Assembly: GCF_018350175.1 (NCBI RefSeq)
Contig: NC_058369.1
Span: forward strand, 2,358,001 to 2,422,000
Length of the DNA: 64,000 bases
Reading direction: 5' to 3'
Source: Felis catus
Lineage: Eukaryota
In this document: piece by piece, positions 36,985-64,000 of the stretch
Layout of the letters: each line of letters begins with the position of its first letter
How positions within the stretch are numbered: the stretch's first letter is position 1
Translations under genes and position numbers: made by a program
Notes under the pieces: generated by a model
Seen by the model: only the letters and a program-made list of their open reading frames with translations
Databases searched by the model: none
Told to the model about the DNA's origin: nothing

Positions 36985-38088
36985 AATTTTTTTTTAATGT
37001 GTATTATTTGAGAGGAGAGAGACGGAGAGAGAGAGAGAGAGAGAGACAGAGAATGGGCAGGGGAGGGGCAAAGAGAGAGGAAGACACAGAATCTGAAGCA
37101 GGCTCCTGGCTCTAAGCTGTCAGCACAGAGCCCAACTCGGGGCCGGAACCCGTGAACTGCGAGATCATGATCTGAGCCAAAGTCCGACGCTTAACTGGCG
37201 GAGCCACCCAGGTGCCCCCTGAGGGGGTCTGTCTTATTGCATCACAGGAATTCTTTTTTTTTTTTTTAAAGTAACTTGTTTTTTCAAGTTTATATAGAGA
37301 GTGGGAGGAGGGGAAGAGAAAGAGAGAGAGAGCGAATCTTAAGCAGGCTCTGTGCTCAGCGTGGACCCTGACCTGGGGCTTGAGCCCACAGCCCTGAGAA
37401 CATGACCTGAGCCAAAACCAAGAGTCGGACGCTCAACCGACTCAGCCACCCGGGAGCCCCGAATGTCAGGTTTAAAGTAGACAATTGGAGGACTTTTGTC
37501 ACGTGTCTACCTCCGTGAAACCACCGGCATAATCAAAATGGCGAAAACCCACGCCCATCAGCCCAGAAAGTCCCCCTGTGCCCCGGCCTGTCCCCACCCC
37601 CACCCCCCCAGACAACCAGAAACCTCCTTGTAGTCACTCCAGATCTCTGAACTTGGCATTTCCCAGAATTATACGTAAGTGGAACCGAACAGCACATCCT
37701 CTTTTGTGTCTGGCTTCTTGCGTTCAGCAGAAGGCAGCGAAGGTTCGCTCAGGCTGTTGTGTGTCTTCCCCCTTTTTATGGCTGAGTAATATTTCAATGT
37801 ATGGGTGGACCACACTTTGTCCACTCACCTGCCGGTGGACCTTTGGGTCACCCCTGCTTTAGGGGTGTTATGAGCAAAGCCGCTCTGAAGTTACTTTATT
37901 TTGTTTTTCATTTTTGAGAGAGCGAGCATGAGCGGGGGAGGGGCAGAGAAGGGGGGGGGACAGAGGATCCGAAGGGGGCTCTGTGTGAGAGCAGACAGCC
38001 CGATGGGGGGGCTCGAACTCACGAGCCACGTGACCATGACCTGAGCCAAAGCTGAATGCTCAAGGGACTGAGCCGCCCAGGCGCCCCT
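36985..38088 (-). mobile_element. Three CAN-SINEs interleaved with an L1M-like 3' fragment (37480-37880)
   Basis: SINE bodies at ~36985-37220, 37255-37460, 37895-38088; L1 3' UTR-like text TTTTGTGTCTGGCTTCTT...TTTTTATGGCTGAGTAATATTTC. Confidence 0.78.
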
Positions 38089-39811
38089 GAGGGCAGGTCT
38101 TGGCCAGCGAGGTTTTCTGTGTTCATTTCTCTTGGGTGCGCGTGTTAGTTACCAACTTCTGTGTAACAAATCACCCCGAAGCCTGATGCTTGAGAGCAAG
38201 AAACATTCATCGCCTCACACAGCGGCTGAGGGCCAGAGCTTGGAGAGCCCCTAGATGGATGGTCGTGGCTCGGATCTGTCACACTGTCAGCCAGGGTGGC
38301 TTCATCTGAGGGTCCCCCCCCCCGCCCCCTGCAACTGGGGCCTCACTGGGCGCTGGCGGGAGCCTCCACCCCACCCCACCCAGCTTCTCCGGCAGACACT
38401 ACAAACTCAAGAGGGAGCCCAAGATGGAATCCAGAAACACCGTGTCACCAAATCCTGGAACCCGCATCTTCCGTAGTCGGTGTATCAGACGTAACTCACA
38501 ATCGCTAAATTCGAGCCGCATCCTAGCTGGCGGGTGAATCACATAAGGCCGCGAATACCAGGAAGCAGGGCTCTCTGGGGGCCATTGTAGGGGTAATCTG
38601 CCACCGTCCATGAGTATTTAAACATTTAAGCAAACGTTAAGCTTCTACTGTGTGCTTCTCGAGAATCATCTCCCTGGCTATTTACAACAGCTCTCTGACA
38701 AAGAACGAGCATTATGCCCACTTGACGGATGGGGAAACATGCCCAGAGAAGTGAAGTCGCCCACCTACAGTCCACCCAAGAGTGAGCCGCCTAAAGGAAG
38801 ATTCCATCCTGAGGCTTAAGCCCTGCATACGGAGGAGGCCGACAGCAGCGAGAAACAGGAGGCAAGAGATTATAGCGATTGCTTTTTTCTCCAGAGACAG
38901 AGAAGAAGCAGGCAAGGGAGCTGGGCTCCTTTGCGGTTTTCATAAACATTTATCGAGCACCCACTGTATGCCGGGGCTGTTTTCGTGCTGGGGGCACCAC
39001 AGGGAATGAGACGGACAAAGTTCCCTGCACACGTGGCGCTCACACCGTGAGTAAGTGATTTCACTGGTCACCGTCCAGCCAGCACCTGGCGCACAGGAGT
39101 GTCGCTGGCGCAGGAAGGAAGCCCAAGACGCGGCTGGACTTGGCGACCCCACGGGGACCAAGACACATGCGGTCATTGCCTTCCCGGAGCTCACGGTCTG
39201 GTGGTCACTGTGGATGGCAAACAGCACCCGGAACTTTTGTCTATTCGTGGGGGGAGCCCCAGGCCCCTTGCCCGGGCTGTGTGTCCCACTCAGGTGCGGA
39301 TGGAAGTCCCAGAGAGGAGAGTTTCAAGGAGCCGATCTTCCCACACACCCAGTCAACTCATAAATGGAGCCTTTGACCCTCCCCTCACCTCGTATCTCAA
39401 GATAGGCTAGAACAGCAAGTCAAGGTGCGGCTTGCTGTGGATCTGGGCATGGCCAGGCGGGGAGAGGAGGTGGGCGTCCTGCTGGGTCAGGGCTGGGAGA
39501 GATGCCATTGCAAGGACCCGTGCCTCGTGGAGCCTCAGTTTCCTTGTCTGCCTGCACTAGGAACACTTCAGGCCCTTTTATTCTCTTTCTGTCATTCAAA
39601 ACACGTTGATGGAGCACCCTCTCTGTGTTGGAACCTTGTTCTAGGTCTCTTTTGGTGAGAGGCCAGATGGTAAGCATTTTAGGGCTGTCGGAACTATACA
39701 ACTCCATGCGTTCAGGGTGAAAGTGGCCCAGGTCCATACTTACGTGAGAGGGCCTGGCTACGTTCCAATAAAATCAACTGGGCAGTAGGGCTGGTTCAAA
39801 GGGCTTAAAGC

Positions 39812-40300
39812 GTGCTGGGTATACAATAGGCATCTCATTAATTCTTGTCTCCTGCCTGAACACAGCAGGCGCTGCACTGGTCCGTGCCTGGTTTACAGTA
39901 GGCACTCCAGAACGCTTTTGCCCTGTCTGGTACGCAGCAGGTATTAACATTAGTGCTCGGCCCATGTCTAATTGGAAAGCAGATGCTGCTCCAATGCATA
40001 GGCCACATCTGGTATACAGCAGGTGCTACGGGAATGCCTGGTCCCTGCCTGGTTTACAGCAGGCTCTCCATTAACGCTTGCTTCATATGCATATGGAACA
40101 TAATACCCCGCAAATAGCAGGCACTGCGTTAACGCTTTGTAAGTGGCTCGTATACAGTAGGCGCTGGAGTAATGCCTGGTTCGGTGCCTGGTTTATAGTC
40201 AGTGTTCCATTAATGCTTGTTTCCTGCTGGGCATATAGCAGGCGCTGCTTTAGTGCTGGGCTCGGGCCCCATATACAGGAGGCGTTCCTTTAAAGCTTAG
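39812..40300. repeat. Degenerate ~40-bp tandem array, about 12 units
   Basis: AG(C/T)AGG-type cores at 39825, 39864, 39897, 39936, 39978, 40018, 40058, 40116, 40156, 40197, 40237, 40277. Confidence 0.75.
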
Positions 40301-40329
40301 CGGATGAGAGGAAGGTTCGTTTCCGGCCA

Positions 40330-60398
<20,069 letters not shown>

Positions 60399-60951
60399 CC
60401 TCGCCGCGGCCGCCCGAGGGAAGGGGGGAGCCCCAGGCGGGCCCCTCCGTGGGGCGCCGCGCCGGCCGGCTGTCCCGGCTCCGCCCGCAGACCGGTTGAT
60501 TTCGTTTTCATATTTTTAACAAAAGGTTTTTATTTCACAGTTATCAGGGGACGTACGTCTTTCTTTCTTACACCTCGTGCACCTTCTCACCTGTGTCAGC
60601 GGCAAGGCCGCCTTTTCTTGGCCTTGACTCGGGGCTCGCTTTTTTCTAAAAAAATAAAACAAGAAAACAAGAAAAAAAAAGGAAACAGAAGAACGGATGG
60701 AGACAAGTGGAGACGAGCGGCCCCGGGCCGGCGGCCTCCCGGCGGTCACGCGGGGACAGAGCCAGCCGCCGGCCTCGGACTCCCCGGCTTGCCCTCCCCC
60801 CGTTTCTTGGTCGTTTCCCTCACAGGCGCGGCTGCGGAGGCCTGGGGACTGTGACTTCTCTCTCTTTCTCTTCCTAAGTTATTGACACCCTGGACTCCAA
60901 GAAGTGGGGGTGGGTGGCGCCCCCCGCTGCCCGCCCTGGGAAGTGCCTAAC

Positions 60952-60971
60952 CTTTTTTTTTTTTCTTTCTT

Positions 60972-61003
<32 letters not shown>
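60952..61003 (+). repeat. Poly-T tract in the GNA11 3' UTR
   Basis: Direct inspection. Confidence 0.9.
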
Positions 61004-61004
<1 letters not shown>

Positions 61005-62914
61005 GTGAGGAAGGAAAACGCAGTGTGCCCACTCTTTGGTCAGGGAGACGGCCTGGCTCGCAGCCCTCCCCGCCCCCGCAGACCTCTGGGGGCCCTCCCA
61101 GGGCCCTGCAGGCTGCCATCCGCACACCCCCGAGGGTCACGTACCCTCCGGCCCTGGCCGAGGGCGCCCCGCTGCATCCAGGAGGCCAGAAGGAGGCCCC
61201 CTTGGACTGGGAGTCACTTTTGATGTGTTCTGTTTTGAAAGCAGTTTGGAAACAGTGCGAGTGGGGTGGGGACTTTTTCAGAATCTTCTCAGGTCTGTCC
61301 CCTGGAGGCAGGAGCGGAGGAGTCGCCCCTGGCGGGGTTCTCGGAGGCTTCCGGCAGCAAGCACTTGCCCCCACGTCTTGCAGGTCTGCCCCGAGCCCCA
61401 CCCCGGGAAGCGAGCACGCAGCACACGCACTTTGCCCGGAGCCATCGAGGGCCCGCGGTGGCCAGGCCGCGTGGAGGCCGGTAGCTGGCGCCTCGGCCCC
61501 CTGGTGGTTTCCAGGCCTGGCCACGGCCACGGGCCACGCACTGAGCCAGAGCCGGGGCCGCCTTGCCTGAGCCCCCTTCTTCCGAGGGGCTCAGAGGGTG
61601 GGAACAAGCAGGGGGCTGTTTTGGGGGGGGGGGTGGGATGAGGTGGCCGTTTCATCTGACGTAGACTGAGCAAGCACTACAGTGTTTTTCTGTGGGTTGG
61701 TTGTTTTGATTTGCACAAAGTAACAGGGATGAACCGCCGGCGATGCCTTGGACCCGCCCAGGACATCTGGTCGCGGCGCGTTAGCGGTCTGTGTGGCTGC
61801 TGCTTATTGGGGCCGTCTTCAAACACGGTAGAAACAGCTCAGCCACCAGCCCAGACGCCGGTCCTGTGTGCCTGGCCCGCTTCCTCTGTGCTCCGGAGGA
61901 GAAAGGACGCGTCTTGTGGCTCCCGCACAGAGTCCCTCGAGGGCGGAGTGGCTGCGTTCCTGGTGGTCGGCCCTCTCTGGGGGCAGAATTGGCAGGGGGG
62001 GCAGGGCCCCCGCTTTCTGTGCCAGTCGTCCCTCGGTGCCTCTACCAAAAGGGCCCTTGTGCCGTGTGTGTATGCGAGGTGTGTGCTGTGGGCCGGCAGT
62101 GGGGAACGCAGGGTCCTGGCTGGGTGGGCACCTCCATGTCTTAGCGCCTCTCTGGGGCCCGGATCGCCAGGGAACTGGATTGGGCTCTCAGGGTGACGTG
62201 CGCCGCGGGCCTGAGGCACCCAAAGTATTCACTTTTCCCAGAGGGAGCAGTATGCCAAGCACCCCAAAGCCAGAGCCTGGTGCTCCCGGAACCCTGGGAG
62301 GGGGGCGGGTGCCGTGCGCCGCGGGGGGTGCGAGACCAGTTCTGTGCCAATGTCAGCGGGGGGGACCACGTGGTCCGGGCCCCTCCCTCGCCCATCTTGT
62401 GAGGTTTGTTTGTGTTGTTTTACGCCCTGGTGGACTTTCTCGAGAGTGCGGGCCTCCCGCCCCTCCCGCTGCGTCGTCAGATCCCCAGCAGAGGGGAAGC
62501 CGCGCCTGCTCCCAGTGCCAACGCCCCCCCTCCCCCCCCCCCCCCCCCCCGCGGCCGTGCGGGGACCGTGCGGGGATCCTCCGGCAGGCCGCCGGCAGAC
62601 GTTCTCCGGTTATACTTGTATATTACACAGGCCTGATTTCAGACGATTTAAACCTTAACCTATTTTAAAGAAGAATATTATATAAAAATACTGTTTTTAA
62701 ACCTTTTGTCATTTGAAATGCATGTATTGTGAGCGCTGGGGGATGGGCACGTTAGCTCAATGCCAACGTCCTGGGGCCAAGGCTGCCGAGATCGGGCGGG
62801 CTGGACGGCAGGCTTTGCTCATCGTGTCGGGGCCCTGACCCCTTAATCCAGAGATACCTGATGGAAATTGACTTTTCATATCTTTCTCCTGAAATGAATT
62901 CTGTTTTAAATTGG

Positions 62915-62920
62915 AATAAA
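62915..62920 (+). terminator. Probable distal polyadenylation signal of GNA11 (~2.5 kb 3' UTR)
   Basis: AATAAA at the end of an AT-rich block (62610-62930) with GT-rich sequence downstream. Confidence 0.65.
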
Positions 62921-63432
62921 TTCTGTTCCTAAATGCCGTGGCCCCCTCTGGCTTATTTCCTGTCGCTGGCCGTGGTGGGTGCTGGGCGGTGCGTTGGTGC
63001 CGAGGGTCTGCAGGGGGCTGCCTGGTGTCTGCGCATCTGGCTGGGACCCCAGCACCTTTGGCCAGGTGTCTGAGCTCCGGGGACCCGTGGCCACAGCTGC
63101 CCCGGGATATGCCTGTGCCTCCGGCCCCGGGCAGCGACTGTGGCATCGGGGCTCCTGCTCTGAGGGCCTCTTTCTGGCCCCTGGCTTCAAGTCCATTTGT
63201 GCTGCGGGACTAGAGCATCGTGCAAGAGTAGCGCCTCCTCACTGGGGGCAGGGGACCGAGGAGCCCGGTTCTGGGCCGGGCTTGCTACTCGCCGTGGGGG
63301 CCGTGGGGGCCGTGGGGGATGCTCTTGTGGAACACGTTCTCCTCCCCCACCTGTATTAGGCCAGTCTCCGCAACCACTCCTTGGATTTTTTCCTTTTTAA
63401 AAAGTGGTAAGTGCACATAAATGTACCATTTG

Positions 63433-63765
63433 TGGGCGCCTGGCTGGCTCAGTCAGTTAAGCATCTGACTCTTGATCTCAGCTCAGGTCTGGGTCTGCGG
63501 CTCATGAGTTCAAGCCCGGCACTGGGCTCTGCACTGGGCATAGAGCCTACTTAAAAGAAACATACTCTTTAAAAAAAAAATTTTTTTTTTTTTGATGTTT
63601 ATTCATTTTTTGAGAGAGCATGAGTGGGGAGGGGCAGAGAGCGCGACACAGAATCCGAAGCAGACTCCAGGCTCTGAGCTGTCCGCACAGAGCCGGACGT
63701 GGGGCTCGAGCTCACGGACCCCAAGATCATGATCTGAGCCGAAGTTGGACGCTTAACCGCTGAGC
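63433..63765. mobile_element. Tail-to-tail CAN-SINE pair (63433-63560 +, 63580-63765 -)
   Basis: SINE head GGGCGCCTGGCTGGCTCAGTCAGTTAAGC and a reverse body. Confidence 0.82.
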
Positions 63766-63769
63766 TGTC

Positions 63770-64000
63770 CAGTGGCATCAAACACACACTGTCGTGCACC
63801 CACCCTCCATCCGTCTCCAGAACTTTCCATCTCCCCAGACTGAGACCCTGTCCCCAGGAAGCACGGACTCCCCACCCCTGGCTCCCACCATCCACTCTCT
63901 GCCTCTGTGGACGGGACTCCTCTAGGGACCCCCTGTGAGTGGGGTCACGCAGGACGTGTCCTGCTGTGTCTGGCTCCTGTCACTGTGCAGTGTCCTCCGG
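63770..64000 (-). mobile_element. GC-rich L1MB-like 3' fragment (runs off the window)
   Basis: Near-identical to 21325-21545. Confidence 0.7.

Noticed and set aside
39812..40300. Possible CRISPR-like repeat-spacer array
   Set aside because: Units are degenerate throughout with no identical repeats or unique spacers, no cas genes, and a mammalian context.
60653..60658. AATAAA 255 nt after the GNA11 stop
   Set aside because: Embedded in an A-rich tract with no clear downstream GU element; may be a minor site or an internal-priming source, so not called.
62930..64000. Start of the expected downstream paralogue GNA15
   Set aside because: No G-alpha-15 coding sequence is visible before the window ends.

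Overview
Mammalian, GC/CpG-rich genomic DNA from a felid (numerous tRNA-derived CAN-SINEs, including young SINEC_Fc-type copies). It holds two complete, divergently oriented 7-exon genes. TLE5/AES (Groucho-family corepressor modulator) lies on the minus strand, CDS 10441->2949, 197 aa. GNA11 (G-protein alpha-11) lies on the plus strand, CDS 41028->60398, 359 aa. All exon boundaries were traced by hand, all are GT-AG, and frames sum to 594 and 1080 nt. Each gene has a CpG-island promoter, and ~30 kb of repeat-rich intergenic DNA separates them. Nearly all long ORFs in the supplied track are GC-content artefacts. No prokaryote-style system (CRISPR, operon) is present. The most unusual signals are: (i) old L1MB-, L2- and MER20-like fragments tens of kb apart sharing near-identical, strongly GC/CpG-rich derived sequence, suggesting regional concerted evolution; (ii) a ~12-unit, ~40-bp tandem array resembling the L2 3' end abutting the GNA11 promoter; (iii) a 14-bp perfect inverted repeat bracketing the GNA11 core promoter; (iv) a disabled counterpart of the human long AES isoform first exon; (v) a CGA codon at the GNA11 R183 hotspot. 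Repeat family names and human comparisons are from recall and need database confirmation.
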